Shown here: piece by piece, positions 52,140 through 64,000 of the stretch
Layout of the letters: each line of letters opens with the position of its first letter
Position numbering within the stretch: position 1 is the stretch's first letter
NCBI RefSeq assembly: GCF_001194135.2
Contig: NC_068990.1
Span: 67,641,478-67,705,477, forward strand
DNA length: 64,000 nt
Reading direction: 5' to 3'
Origin: Octopus bimaculoides
Taxonomy: Eukaryota
Program-made: the position numbers and the translations under genes
Notes under the pieces: generated by a model
Seen by the model: only the letters and a program-made list of their open reading frames with translations
Databases searched by the model: none
What the model was told of the DNA's origin: nothing

Positions 52140-52142
52140 CAT

Positions 52143-52605
52143 GAAAATAAAAAATAATAATAAGGCAGAATGCTAAACTGAAAGCATATTTGAATATAGA
52201 TGTGCATAAGGACGATTAGAAAGGATTTCTAACCGGCTTTCATAGCATGGCAAATTTTCAAGAAGAGGGGAAATGAAAATAATGTATTTTACAAAAATAT
52301 AAAAAATGTATAAAAAAAATAAATATACCAATACATTATATTGTCTTTGAGTTTTTAAAGTTCAATGGTAATCCATGTAGATAATTGTTAGATAGGTTAG
52401 GATGCATGGAATTAGGAATGGTGTTGTGTTTAAAAAAGGCTGAGAGTTTATGTGTTAGACAGGAAGTGTGGTGTCAAAACAGGAAGTGTGTGTAAGGGAA
52501 GACAATTCTGTGGGTTTTATACTCTTTAGTTGGAGTTCTGGACTCTTTGTGAACAGGAAGTTTAAGTCTGTTCTTAGAGAAACAAGAAGTAAATTTATAT
52601 GTATT
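52143..52605. mobile_element. Second copy of the 11722-12365 element, lacking the right inverted arm
   Basis: Colinear with 11722-12213; similarity stops at aaatttatatgtatt. Confidence 0.9.
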
Positions 52606-52994
52606 CCAATGGGTAGACGACAGAAGGGAATATGGTCACCTCAGTTCTGGTTAAAGTAAATTTCTTCCAAAAACAGAGAAATAGATAGATAGAGAAAAAA
52701 AAGAGGAAAAAAATCAAAAGAAAAGAATGAACCAGTACAAAATTGGTACTTTATTTAGTGACCATGAAATGATGAAAAGCAATGAATGCCATGAAATGTA
52801 AAGTTGGCCTTAATGGTAGTTAAAAAAATTATGTGAAAGAACATGTGTGATGGTTAGCAGGGTGAAACTTCGAAGTCTCTGTCAATACAATTCTTATTAA
52901 AGAATAATAAATTTTTCTCTACCAAAAATATTGAGTAGTTTAATGCAAAATTGTTTTTATTATAAAATAAAAACAAACACTAATATATGTATGC

Positions 52995-53025
<31 letters not shown>

Positions 53026-53053
53026 CATACATACATACATACATACATACATA

Positions 53054-53910
53054 CAGTGTGCGGCTAATAGCGGTGAATTAAGTGTTGTCTAAATTAGGCA
53101 AATATGAAAATAACACTCACATCTCATTTTAACAGATATATCTGCCAAAATTACATAAAATGTATCTTGAAATACTAAGGAGTAAATCTATAATAAAATC
53201 ACCATTGGTTTCAACCATGGCCTCTAGACGAATTCGGAATCTCCTGCAACTCTTCTGAATGGTCTCCTTGTTTAAGATGTTGAATGACATCATAATCCTT
53301 GCCTTCAGTTCATCTTTGGTGTTACAAGGAGTTTTGGTGGTCTCTCATTCAAATGCATACTAATCAAGGAGGTTACAGTCTGAGGAGTTTGAAGGCCAGA
53401 TGTTAGGGGTGATGTAGTCGCAGAAATTGTCTGACAGCCATGATTGGGTCCTCCTACTTGTGTGACATGGTGCAGAGTCCTGTTGCCAGACACAGGGTCC
53501 CCCACTAGCAACCCTCTTGACCCAGGGCAGCACTACCTCCTCCAGGCACTTGATGTAGGCCTCTGTGTTGAGTGTGAGGCCGTGTGGGAAGATGAATGGA
53601 GGTATAACGTCATCATCACTAGTGATCACTCAAACACCATGATGTTGACTGCATGTTTGATTTTTATCACTCTCAGTATGTCCCCAAATTGACAGCCAAA
53701 CACTCTGAAATGTTTGTATTGGAGCTTCCAGCATGAATGCCAAGCAATACAACATGTCAAATTACTAGCAAAGTGAATTGTATCATGGTGCTGATTTTCT
53801 CACAGACAGTGCCCAACTGACCTCTACTAGACTGTGTAGTTGACAAGATCAAAAACAAACAATGCACATTTGTGAAATTAAAAATGTAAAATTACAACAA
53901 TTTTGCCATC
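53054..53910 (-). mobile_element. Internally deleted DD37D (maT/Bmmar1-type) Tc1/mariner-superfamily transposon
   Basis: ORF 53360-53629 has WQQDSAPCHTSRRTQSWLSDNFCDYITPNIWPSNSSDCNLLD, with 37 residues between the last two catalytic Asp (counted). An N-terminal remnant HVVLLGIHAGSSNTNISECLAVNL is joined directly to the catalytic C-half; TA at the left end. Confidence 0.88.
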
Positions 53911-54489
53911 ACACACACACATCATATGTTCAAAATGTCAAAAACTTTTCCATTCTTCTTCCTGAGAAGACTAATACACTTGCTTGTTGTTTCCACACCT
54001 ATCTTCATCTTTTGTTTCTGCAAATTTTACTATATATATTTTATACATGTCTACTTTTGCGTGTATACGAAGATGTTAAATATAACTGTATGCAGCTTTA
54101 TTTTAATCACTGGTGTTTATTTTAATCTCACTGCTCTAATTAATTCATTTCATTTCGACCAAGCTTTGCACAGATCAACAAATCTATTATTTTCTGGTCT
54201 AATATAAGAACAAGAGTTCTGGGTAGGTCACAAATAACAAATTCAATGTCTGTAGCTGAAGAAGTATTAAAAAAGAACCAGAAACATTGTTTTGTCTATA
54301 AGGAGAATTTGTCTCCCGAGACAGTTTTCACAGCAAAATTCTTTCTATGTTTGAAAATACATGAATATAAATAAATTTATTTTAAACAATTTAAAGTTTT
54401 TCAAATTCAGGTGCATTTTCAACAACAAGTTTGCCTCTATTTTTTCCTGCATGGAAATACACCCCGTTTTTTGTTATATGTATATATAC

Positions 54490-54650
54490 AAGGAGTAGCT
54501 GTATGGTAAGAAGCTTGCTTCCCAACCACATGGTTCTGCGTTCAGTCCCACTGTTTGGCACCTTGGGCAAGTGTCTTCTGCTATGGCCTCGGGCCAACCA
54601 AAGCTTTGTGAGTGGATTTGGTAGACAGAAACTGAAAGAAGCTTGTCATA
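54490..54650 (+). mobile_element. SINE family A, 5' half (runs into gap)
   Basis: ggagtagctgtatggtaagaagcttgcttcccaaccacatggttc...ggcaccttgggcaagtgtcttc. Confidence 0.88.
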
Positions 54651-54670
54651 TATATATATATATATATATA

Positions 54671-55103
54671 NNNNNNNNNNNNNNNNNNNNNNNNNNNNNN
54701 NNNNNNNNNNNNNNNNNNNNNNNNNNNNNNNNNNNNNNNNNNNNNNNNNNNNNNNNNNNNNNNNNNNNNNNNNNNNNNNNNNNNNNNNNNNNNNNNNNNN
54801 NNNNNNNNNNNNNNNNNNNNNNNNNNNNNNNNNNNNNNNNNNNNNNNNNNNNNNNNNNNNNNNNNNNNNNNNNNNNNNNNNNNNNNNNNNNNNNNNNNNN
54901 NNNNNNNNNNNNNNNNNNNNNNNNNNNNNNNNNNNNNNNNNNNNNNNNNNNNNNNNNNNNNNNNNNNNNNNNNNNNNNNNNNNNNNNNNNNNNNNNNNNN
55001 NNNNNNNNNNNNNNNNNNNNNNNNNNNNNNNNNNNNNNNNNNNNNNNNNNNNNNNNNNNNNNNNNNNNNNNNNNNNNNNNNNNNNNNNNNNNNNNNNNNN
55101 NNN
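54671..55103. other. Assembly gap (N)
   Basis: Run of N. Confidence 1.
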
Positions 55104-55196
55104 ATATATATATATATTTATATGTTTGTATGTACACTTGCATCCATTTAAACACACACACACGTATACACGTATAAATACAATGTATTAATACAA

Positions 55197-55248
<52 letters not shown>

Positions 55249-55499
55249 GTTTGTGGTGGGGCTGTCACATGTGTATATGCACATAAACAGATGAATATCA
55301 TCTCGTATTTTTCATCAAACTAAATTCTGATAAATGATAATTTTCTAGTTTGATAAACGACGTAATAATTGACAGCAAAAATATTCATAGGCTGAATACG
55401 TCTATGGAATGTATGATAGAGAGCAAGTAACAGAATTTAGACAAATGTTACTACAGAAGTTTCTTGTTGGAATCAAATTTGAGTAAGGAATCTCTTGCT

Positions 55500-55750
55500 C
55501 ATCATCATCATCATCATTTATCATCTACTTTCTATCCTTGCATGGGTCAGACTGATTTTGTTGAGGCAGGTTTTCTATAGCTGGACGCCCTTCTTGTTGC
55601 CAAACCTCACCTGTTTCCAAGCAAGGTAATATTTCCCCATGGCCAGATATTGTTTCCATAGAAGACTAGAAATGAAGAACATTGCTTCGATGGTGATGCT
55701 AGCTTACATTCTCCATGTGATGCCAAGACAAAAGTACACATGTACACACA
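55500..55750 (-). mobile_element. RTE-type 3' tail (variant found in the chimeric SINEs)
   Basis: catcatcatttatcatctactttc...ccaaacctcacctgtttccaagcaaggtaatatttccccatggccaga. Confidence 0.8.
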
Positions 55751-55896
55751 CACATATACATTCAAATATGAATTAGAAGCAGCTTGAGGTATATAAGAAG
55801 AATCAGGCACGCATACATAAGGTATGAGTGTGTTGTTAGTTCGTGGGTCAGCTGTATTTTCAGGCATAAGAGAATATACTCTCAATGCATCTGGAT

Positions 55897-56032
55897 GCAT
55901 GAACAGCTACCTCAGGCACCAGCACCCTTTGTACTCATCAAGATGAAGAGACTCAATCACTCATTAGAGATCTACTACTTGCATATGAGTTAACACCAAT
56001 GACAATATTGCTAAAGTTAGTACATATTCTAA
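55897..56032 (+). repeat. 136-bp direct repeat, copy 1
   Basis: Identical to 56967-57102 except 55995 A versus 57065 G. Confidence 0.97.
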
Positions 56033-56966
56033 GTCATAGGCAAGTGTGACAACTCTTTTGGAGTGACAGGCATTAATTTTTCATTATTGTTGTAACTTTT
56101 CAATGCTGCATACAAAGCCAGGCTTGTCTCAGTTTTATACCTTGTAACCAGAACTACATAATCTAACATGTCGTTTCTTTCTTTTTAAGATGGTAGTACA
56201 AGACGTTCTCAAACCAGAATGCATGTACTAGGAGTTATCAATAAAAATTAAGGGCCTGTGTTAGATTTGTTAAAAAAGCTAAAGTTTAAAAGTAATCATA
56301 ACCAACTGCTTATAATGGTGGATCCACAGATTACGTAAACTGGATTTTTTAAAATAGCCAATTATGCTGTTTGGAAGTCTTAACATTGATATATATAATA
56401 ATTAGCAACAGAATTTATATATTGTCTGTTTTATGGTATTTATAAAATGGCTCTCATTACTGTCTCTTTTATGATATCCAACCATTCTAAACATTTTCCA
56501 CAAGAGGTACATCAATACTGCCAAACATTATGAAAGGATTTGCAGGATATAATGTTTGTTACAAGCTACACTATTTCTTACAAGGGGTATATCAACAGTG
56601 CCAACAATGATGAAGTTTGAAGGAAAGAAAATTTTGAGAACTCCTGGTGTGGGGGAGTGATTTGAAGGAAATTTGGCTGTTATTTCTAGCAGCACAAGCA
56701 ACTGCACAGAAATGACCCCAAGAATGTGGAATACTTCATGGCTTTGTTTGTAATTATTGCACATTGTCATACAGGTATTGTTTATATCATTTAAATGTTA
56801 GATTATGTAAGACCACTCAAGGTGGTGACATGTCGTCATCATCATCAAGGGAACAGACCAGATGGAAAATAACAGATGAAGAGACAAAGAGCAGCTTGCA
56901 CTTCCTTGTACTCCATCGACTCCCCCCTGCTATAAATGCCCTCCTGGCTCTTCTATACCACCCTTG

Positions 56967-57102
56967 GCATGAACAGCTACCTCAGGCACCAGCACCCTTT
57001 GTACTCATCAAGATGAAGAGACTCAATCACTCATTAGAGATCTACTACTTGCATATGAGTTAACGCCAATGACAATATTGCTAAAGTTAGTACATATTCT
57101 AA
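56967..57102 (+). repeat. 136-bp direct repeat, copy 2
   Basis: See copy 1; offset 1070 bp. Confidence 0.97.
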
Positions 57103-58043
57103 AATACAAAATATATTTGTCATTAGTTCTCTTATATGATTAACACAGTTTTCAGCTATGCAATTACCATTGTGATGCTGTTGGACTTACATTTGTCAAG
57201 GGAGATCATATAACTGCACATATATGTATACAAGCTTAGGTCCATTTTTTATTTGAGGAAGACTCACAGCTGTCCATATATGCAAGTTTCTCTTCTCCAC
57301 AACATCAATGTTTATCTGCAGCACAGGTCACTGACTTGGGCCAGCACAGCTTAGCATCAAGTCATTGCAAACATTGCTGCCAGAAATGCCAAAAAAGCCA
57401 GAAAATCTATCACAAAACATCTCAATCAACCCTCTAATAATTGTACCAATTCACCAACCTGCACTGGCGCATTTTCACTAACACGAAAATAATGAAAGAC
57501 AAAACTGACTTTGACAGGAACTGAACCCAGAGTGTAGAGAGTCAGGCCAAATGCTATGGGATATTATACCTTCACTGTCATAATGGGCATACATACTCAA
57601 CACCTTAGGTTCAGAGATCAGTTAAAATTCTCAATTTGAATTACATTACATTGTTTGATTATGGTACATCCATATTTCCTGCTTCCTCTCCTTAAAAATC
57701 TGAAGCAATACAAATATGTTGGAAATTAATATTTTCAGTAATAATTATGCAATAACAGCTCATTATTACATGTGTAATTATAATGTAAGGAACCGTGTGT
57801 AATTAATTATAAGAAATAATTATTAATCTTTAATTATTATCAACACCTCATAGATGGATGTTTCTGTTTTACCTTTAGTGGTGTATAATTAAATAGGAAC
57901 AGCAGAAGAATGATAATTGTTTCAATCCGAGATCTTCCCAAATGTAAATTACTGTAATAACAACAAAACAACAGTAATAATGTCTCATGAGAGAATTTGT
58001 AATTGCTTGCATGCTTATACCTGTGTGTTATATATATATATAG

Positions 58044-58087
<44 letters not shown>

Positions 58088-58254
58088 AATAGTATTCTGC
58101 ACATACAACAACAATCTAGCATACCTCCATCATCAGCTGCCCCATGAATATCACTGTGGTTTTGATACCTGGGCAGTACCATTTAATCTGGCAGTGTCAA
58201 CAGCACTAAAATAAGTGTTACTTGGGAATACGTACATAAATATGTATACTATAT

Positions 58255-58560
58255 ATATCATCATACGTTTTCCATGCTGGCATGGATTGGACGGTTTGAC
58301 AGGAGCTGACCAGCCAGAGAGCTGTCCAGACTCCATTGTCTGTTTGACATGGTTTATACGGCTGGATGCCATTCCTAATACCAGCCACTTTACAGAGTGT
58401 GCCAGGTGCCTTTTACATGCCACTGGTACAGGTGAAATTACATAGCACCTTCATGAGTCTATTTCACATGGCACAGGCACAAGTGTCTATTATGTGGTAC
58501 TGGCATGAAGACCAATTACATGACACTGGCACAAGTACTTATTATGCGGCACTGACACCA
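58255..58560 (-). mobile_element. RTE-type 3' end (family D)
   Basis: cgttttccatgctggcatggattggacggtttgacagg...ggctggatgccattcctaataccagccac. Confidence 0.8.
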
Positions 58561-58619
58561 GCACCTGTAAGAAGCATGCCTGTATGTATGGATGGTATAT
58601 ATACACATATACGTATGTG

Positions 58620-58830
58620 GCTATATAGCAGGGAGTAAATAAAAAATATAAAGCCAGAAAAAAATAAGAGATATTTACAGTCAACTGATATTATTAGTTT
58701 GATGTTGAAAGAAGAATGGAAAGGGTAAAGAGTATTTCATTTTGGACATAGTCCTTCTTCAGTGGGGTAAGAAAAGTTCAGGAGAAAGTCGGAAGAGAGG
58801 GAAAGAGTAAAAGAACGTGGATGAAGAAAG
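58620..58830 (-). mobile_element. Penelope-like terminal (pLTR) relic with decayed hammerhead-like core
   Basis: Reverse complement of 58735-58765 is cactgaagaaggactatgtccaaaatgaaat: CUGAAGA, stem GGAC-UAU-GUCC, then AAAA instead of GAAA. Confidence 0.5.
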
Positions 58831-58869
58831 AAAGTGGGGAACTGTATGTAGGATATGTTCACATGTTTG

Positions 58870-59105
58870 GACTATGTATGTATGTAGTGTGATAGTTGCA
58901 AATGGGCATTACTGTCACACAAGCGATGTTCATCACTTCCAGCCTTCCATAAGAACAGGTCTGGCCATGGAGAAATATAACCTTGGTTTGATAGAGGTGA
59001 GAGTTGGCAACAGGAAGGGCATCTAGCTGTAGAGAATCTGCCTCAACAAATTCCATCTGACCCATGCAGGCATGGAGAAAAGGATGTTATAGCAATGATG
59101 ATGCT
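58870..59105 (+). mobile_element. RTE-type 3' tail (chimeric-SINE variant)
   Basis: tgatagttgcaaatggg...ggtctggccatggagaaatataacc...acccatgcaggcatggagaaaaggatgtt..atgatgatg. Confidence 0.8.
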
Positions 59106-59140
59106 GATGATTTTTACACGCACACGTGTACGCATGCATG

Positions 59141-59181
<41 letters not shown>

Positions 59182-59211
59182 ATATACATGGACATGCATG
59201 TGTATGAATAT

Positions 59212-59277
<66 letters not shown>

Positions 59278-59519
59278 TTGATGTTAAATGACCTTGATGA
59301 TGATGAGGATGTACATACTTACTTACATGCATATATATGTTTACCTCCACAAACATAAATGCACATAAATATGCATGTTAATCTGTTTTTCTATTTTGCC
59401 TTAGTTGATAAATATTATCCATAGAGAATCGCAACCAAACAGCACAAATATAAAATGTGAGTATGCTAATGGCTCCAAAGTGTGATTCTGAAAACTTTAC
59501 CAAACTCGCAGTTCTTTAA

Positions 59520-59563
<44 letters not shown>

Positions 59564-60066
59564 CCACACCAACACCAATGGCTGCAAGATTAAGGTACTT
59601 AACAGATTCTAAGTTCATGAAAATCTGCTATTTTATAACTATGGAGGTGTGCCCTCAGGCAAGAGAGGCATTATTTTTCCAGCTGTATTCTACATTGTTG
59701 AAAATATGTGTCATACTTAGTTAGGCATTAAAATAAAGACTTCATCAATAGAAAATGTCTGGCATTTGCAAATCTTATGGCAAATATCAATTTTTACAGA
59801 GCATTCAACAAAAGAATTGTTTAAACAATTCATTTCTTTCTTTCTTTCTTTTTTTTTTTTTTTTGCAGTTGTTTGAAGAGATTTATTTGAAGAAATGTAA
59901 CTAACAGCTTCCAATTCAAAAGAGCCTTTTCCATCCATATAATCACTCCAGTACCAAATCAGAGATTGCGAAATAAGGAAAGAAAAAATACAAACTAGTT
60001 TAAACCAGTAATCAATAATAATGTTGTCCATATACATACTACACATGTATCTTCAGAAGCCCTTAA

Positions 60067-60286
60067 CCCTTTCATTACCTCACTTGTGATGAAATATACC
60101 GTTTCTGTTTCAATTTATTTCGAAAATAATAAAGAATTTAGTGAAGAATTTTATCATTATTAAGCTGGTATTTGGAACACAGATTCACATGAAATTTTGA
60201 TGAAGGTTTTAATTTAGACCAATTAAAATTAGAAAGTTTGAATCATAAAATCAGGGATAGGCTCGAGTGGGTTACTATCAAAAGAG
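60067..60286. mobile_element. piggyBac-type MITE (family P2), copy 1
   Basis: TTAA at 60063-60066 and 60287-60290; termini cccttt / aaagag. Confidence 0.8.
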
Positions 60287-60329
60287 TTAATCCCAGGTTA
60301 GTCCTGATAAAGATAAAATGATTGCTTAA

Positions 60330-60547
60330 CCTTATTCTTACCATATTTCTGTTGAAATACATCAATTTTACTTCAATTAATGTTGAAAATAATGAAGAAT
60401 TTATTGAAATAATTTTATCCTTATGAAGCTGGTTTTTAGAACATAAAACAACATGAAAATTTGTTGCAATGTTTCAATTTTCATTAAAATAGGAAGCTTA
60501 TATTGCAGAACTAGGAGTAGACCTAGATAGAACTGGGATCAGAAGGG
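60330..60547. mobile_element. piggyBac-type MITE (family P2), copy 2, tandem and more decayed
   Basis: ttaa|ccttattcttaccatatttctgttgaaatac... is colinear with copy 1 and ends gatcagaaggg. Confidence 0.7.
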
Positions 60548-60639
60548 TCATATCTTAGGCATATGGTATATGCCTGCATGAGTGTGTGTGTGTGTGTGAG
60601 TGTTTGTGTAAGTGTTTGTGTGCATGTGTGCGTGTACGC

Positions 60640-60865
60640 TTGTACCCTTGTCTTGATGTTGCTTGGCAGTTGACACCATCATACAAATGATGTTGCTCAT
60701 TTCTAAGTCTTCCATGAAAAACATGATCATGGGAAAAATTTTGCTTTGCTTGGAATAGGTGAAGGTGGTGACACAAAGGGCATCTTGCCAAACAAAATCT
60801 GCCCCAGTAAATTCCATCTAACCCATGCAAGTATGGAAAAACAGACATTAAAGCACTGATGATAA
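60640..60865 (+). mobile_element. RTE-type 3' tail (chimeric-SINE variant)
   Basis: ccttgtcttgatg...acccatgcaagtatggaaaaacagacattaaagcactgatgat. Confidence 0.75.
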
Positions 60866-61307
60866 AAATTATGTAAGTTAATTTATTTTGTGGGAAGTTA
60901 TCATTTCAGGTATAATGAAACTATAATTAAAATGTTTTTCAAATTTTCTAATTATTTTTTTTAATGTATATTTGTATGAATAATTTCTGTTAAGCTACCA
61001 TGCTTTATGAAACATTGGATATTCAAGATTAACTTCTTGCTGTTTATTTGACAATACTGAAGAGAGTAATACTGTCAAAGGTTGACTAAAATAGGATACC
61101 CTTCATCTGACATCATATGTTATTAGCTTCTCTCTCTCTCTCTCTCTCTCTTTCTACATGAATATATATATATATATATCAAATATGAATGAAAAGCAGC
61201 CTGAGGGATATAAATAATATCAAACACACACAAGGTGTTATGTCAGTTTGTCGCTAGACAGAAATTGTAGGTGTAAGACAATATTTTTTCATGAATTCGC
61301 CTGGTAT

Positions 61308-61360
<53 letters not shown>

Positions 61361-61377
61361 TGTGTGTGTGTGTGTGT

Positions 61378-62285
61378 ATATAGCTATGGACACACAAGAG
61401 GTGCAGTGGAATAATAGGAAGTTTATCAGAGAAAGAAGTGTTTGCATGAGGAAGGTGTGCAGGAGCCATAAGATCATAGCTCCTTGGGAAATCGATTTTC
61501 TCAAATGACCTGGAAGCTCTTTAGTGGTAGTGGAAATTTTCTGCTATATAGGGAACCTAATTAGCAGTTGGGGTGGATGTACAGAAAGTGCAATTGCAAG
61601 AATAAGAGAGGATGGAGAAAATTAAGAGAGATTTTACCTCTTTTGGCAACCAAAAGTCTCTTTCTCAGGGTGAAAGAAAGATTGTATGATGCATGTATAT
61701 ACATAGCAATACCACTTGGTAGTGAGATGTGAGCCCTGAATGCAGAGGACAAGTGAAGACTAGAGAGGAATGAAGCTAGTATGTTCCATTGGATGTGCAA
61801 TGACAGAGCATTCATAAAATGAAAGAAAAGTTGGGTATAAGAGGAATTAAATATAGTGTGCGAGACAAAAGGCCGCACTAGTTTGGGCATGTGATGCATA
61901 TGGATGTAGACAGTTGCATATAGAAGTGCCAATCACTTAAAATGGACGAGAATTGTGGCAAAGGGAGACTCAAGAAGATAGAGGACAAAGTGATAAAGGC
62001 CAATCTCATGACACTGGGCCTTATGAAGGCAATTACAAAGGGCCAAGATATCTGGTACTTTACTGTACTCAAGAAGACCCATCCAACACTGCAGGTTTGA
62101 TACCAGTGCTGGTGACATGTAAATAGCACCCAATACACTCTGTGTAATGGTTGGCATTAGGAAGGGCATCCAGCTGTAGAAACTATGTCAAAATAAACAA
62201 TGGAATCTAGTGCGGCCTGCAGCCTTCACAGTTACGCTCAAACCATCCAACAAAAGCCAGCATGGAAAATGGACATTGAATGATG
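61378..62285 (+). mobile_element. RTE-clade LINE, 5'-truncated, dead (RT C-half plus 3' UTR)
   Basis: Frame-shifting translation WTHKRCSGI...FCYIGNLISS.GGCTESAIARI...LPLLATKSLFLRVKERLYDAC...RLERNEASMFHWMC...CGKGRLKK; the UTR ends ggacattgaatgatgat. Confidence 0.88.
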
Positions 62286-62294
62286 ATATATATT

Positions 62295-62705
62295 AATTGT
62301 GGCAGGAACCTGTAGAAGGGGTAGACCCAGAAAGATGTGAGACAAAGTGATAAGAAAGGATCTTTAGACACTGGACTTCACTGAGGCCATGACAAGGTAC
62401 TGGAAGTTGTGGCAATTTGCTGTACTTGAGAGGACATGGGAAGCTAAGTAAAATTGCAGTCATCCATACATATAGGCATGTCTTCGCAGACAGGTGCCAA
62501 TGCCAGATAAAATGCATCTGTGCCACTGCTACATGAATGCACCCATGCCAATGGCTTGCAAAAAGCAGCTGGCACACTCTGTAATGTGATTGGCATTAAG
62601 AAGGGCATCAGGCATAGAAGCTATGCCAAAACAGACAACTGGCTGGCCAGCTCCTATCAAGCCATCCAACTCTGCCAGCATGGAAAATGAACATTAAACA
62701 ATGAT
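62295..62705 (+). mobile_element. Second, shorter RTE LINE 3' fragment in tandem
   Basis: VAGTCRRGRPRKM*DKVIRKDL*TLDFTEAMT...WQFAVLERT, then a family D UTR ending gaacattaaacaatgatg. Confidence 0.82.
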
Positions 62706-62912
62706 GGTAATAGAAAGAGACAGACAGACAGACAGACTCAGAAAGATCAAACAAGAGGAGTGTGTGATAGAATAGTTGCTTGTTCTATTCGGTGACAGCA
62801 ATTCTGTAATGCATGTCATTTCCATAATTAACACTACATCATCTGTCACGCATATATAAAATATACAGAGTAGCAATATGTGTATATGCGTTGTGCGTGT
62901 ATTTTTGTACAA

Positions 62913-62943
<31 letters not shown>

Positions 62944-63449
62944 TATATATAATGATAGATAAGGGCCAAGCATGAAACTTGCAGCCCTTGTATAAGTGTT
63001 TTAGCTTTCTACCAATGAAAAATAAGTAAAGGTATATCTATATCTGTTTACTTATATCTATTTGTCTGTATGTATGTATGCAGACAGACATGCATATTAA
63101 AATTAATGCATATATAAATCATGACTGTACAAAAAAGGTCATATATATATCTGACATCCAATGTATTGGTAAAATAAGTGTAAATTGTATAATAATGGCA
63201 GCAATGGTGATGATGATGAATGGTGGTTACGAAGTGGTGATTATGATGATGATAAAGTTTTACATGATTCCACTGATGAAATTAGAGAATGTGAGTTGTA
63301 AATTTTGTTTAAAAAATAGATGACGATAATGAAATACAATTCCATCAATTTAGTTTTTGTTTTTACTATTATTTTATATTATTTTTAGTTACATTTATGT
63401 CTAAGTGGCTATGTAAATAGTTGTATGAATGTGTTATAGTATAAGCTGT

Positions 63450-63662
63450 ATTGTAATGAGAGAGAGGGAGAGGGGGAGACAAAGGGAGTATGAGAGTGAA
63501 AAAGAAAGAAAGAAAGAGAAAGATAGAGGTAGAATGACTAAGAGAAAAAAGTGAGAGCAAGACAAAAAGGGAGAGAAAGAGAGAATAGATGGCGAGGGGA
63601 GAGAGAGAAAAGGAAAGAGATAGGATGAAGTAGTGTGTGTGTGTGTGTGTGTGTGTGTGAGT

Positions 63663-63702
<40 letters not shown>

Positions 63703-63723
63703 AAGAAAGAGAGAGAGAGAAAA

Positions 63724-63754
<31 letters not shown>

Positions 63755-63770
63755 AAGTGAGGAAAAAAAA
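63450..63770. repeat. Purine-rich (GA)n with embedded (GT)n
   Basis: Direct reading. Confidence 0.95.
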
Positions 63771-64000
63771 CTAGAAATACGAAAATATAAAATGAGGGAC
63801 AAAAAAAAAACCTGAAAATATTTTTGCAGTAAAGGAAGACAGAAAATAAAGAAAAATTATATATCCATATACATGCACTAACAACAAAAATAGATTCCTT
63901 CATCTTCACTAAGACAGATATTGCATAAACATGCACAAACATGAACTCCTGTACATACTAACTTACATATATATATACACATATGGGTATATATATATAT

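Overview
This is eukaryotic, AT-rich, repeat-saturated DNA with five assembly gaps. The repeat families and the density of (TA)n/(CA)n/(AAT)n/(GAT)n tracts fit an octopus (coleoid cephalopod) genome; this is an inference from recalled repeat families, not a database result. I cannot support any intact host protein-coding gene, RNA gene or CRISPR array. Nearly all listed ORFs are microsatellite or N-gap artefacts, or pieces of dead transposons. Four tRNA-headed SINE types are present (labelled A, B, C, F here), along with RTE-type 3' tails. Decayed LINEs include RTE, R4/Dong-like restriction-endonuclease and CR1-group elements. DNA transposons include two internally deleted Tc1/mariner-superfamily elements (a mariner and a DD37D/maT type) and piggyBac-, hAT- and Tc1-type MITEs. 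The observations most worth following up are: a ~640-bp element with ~140-bp inverted arms plus an arm-less second copy; hammerhead-ribozyme-like relics in Penelope-type termini; polarised head-to-tail SINE arrays in (ATT)n microsatellites, where targeting tracks the SINE 3' tail; modular head/tail swapping among SINEs; a near-perfect 136-bp local direct repeat; and a hidden ~30-bp degenerate minisatellite. The window is most simply read as intronic or intergenic sequence, with only weak exon candidates.
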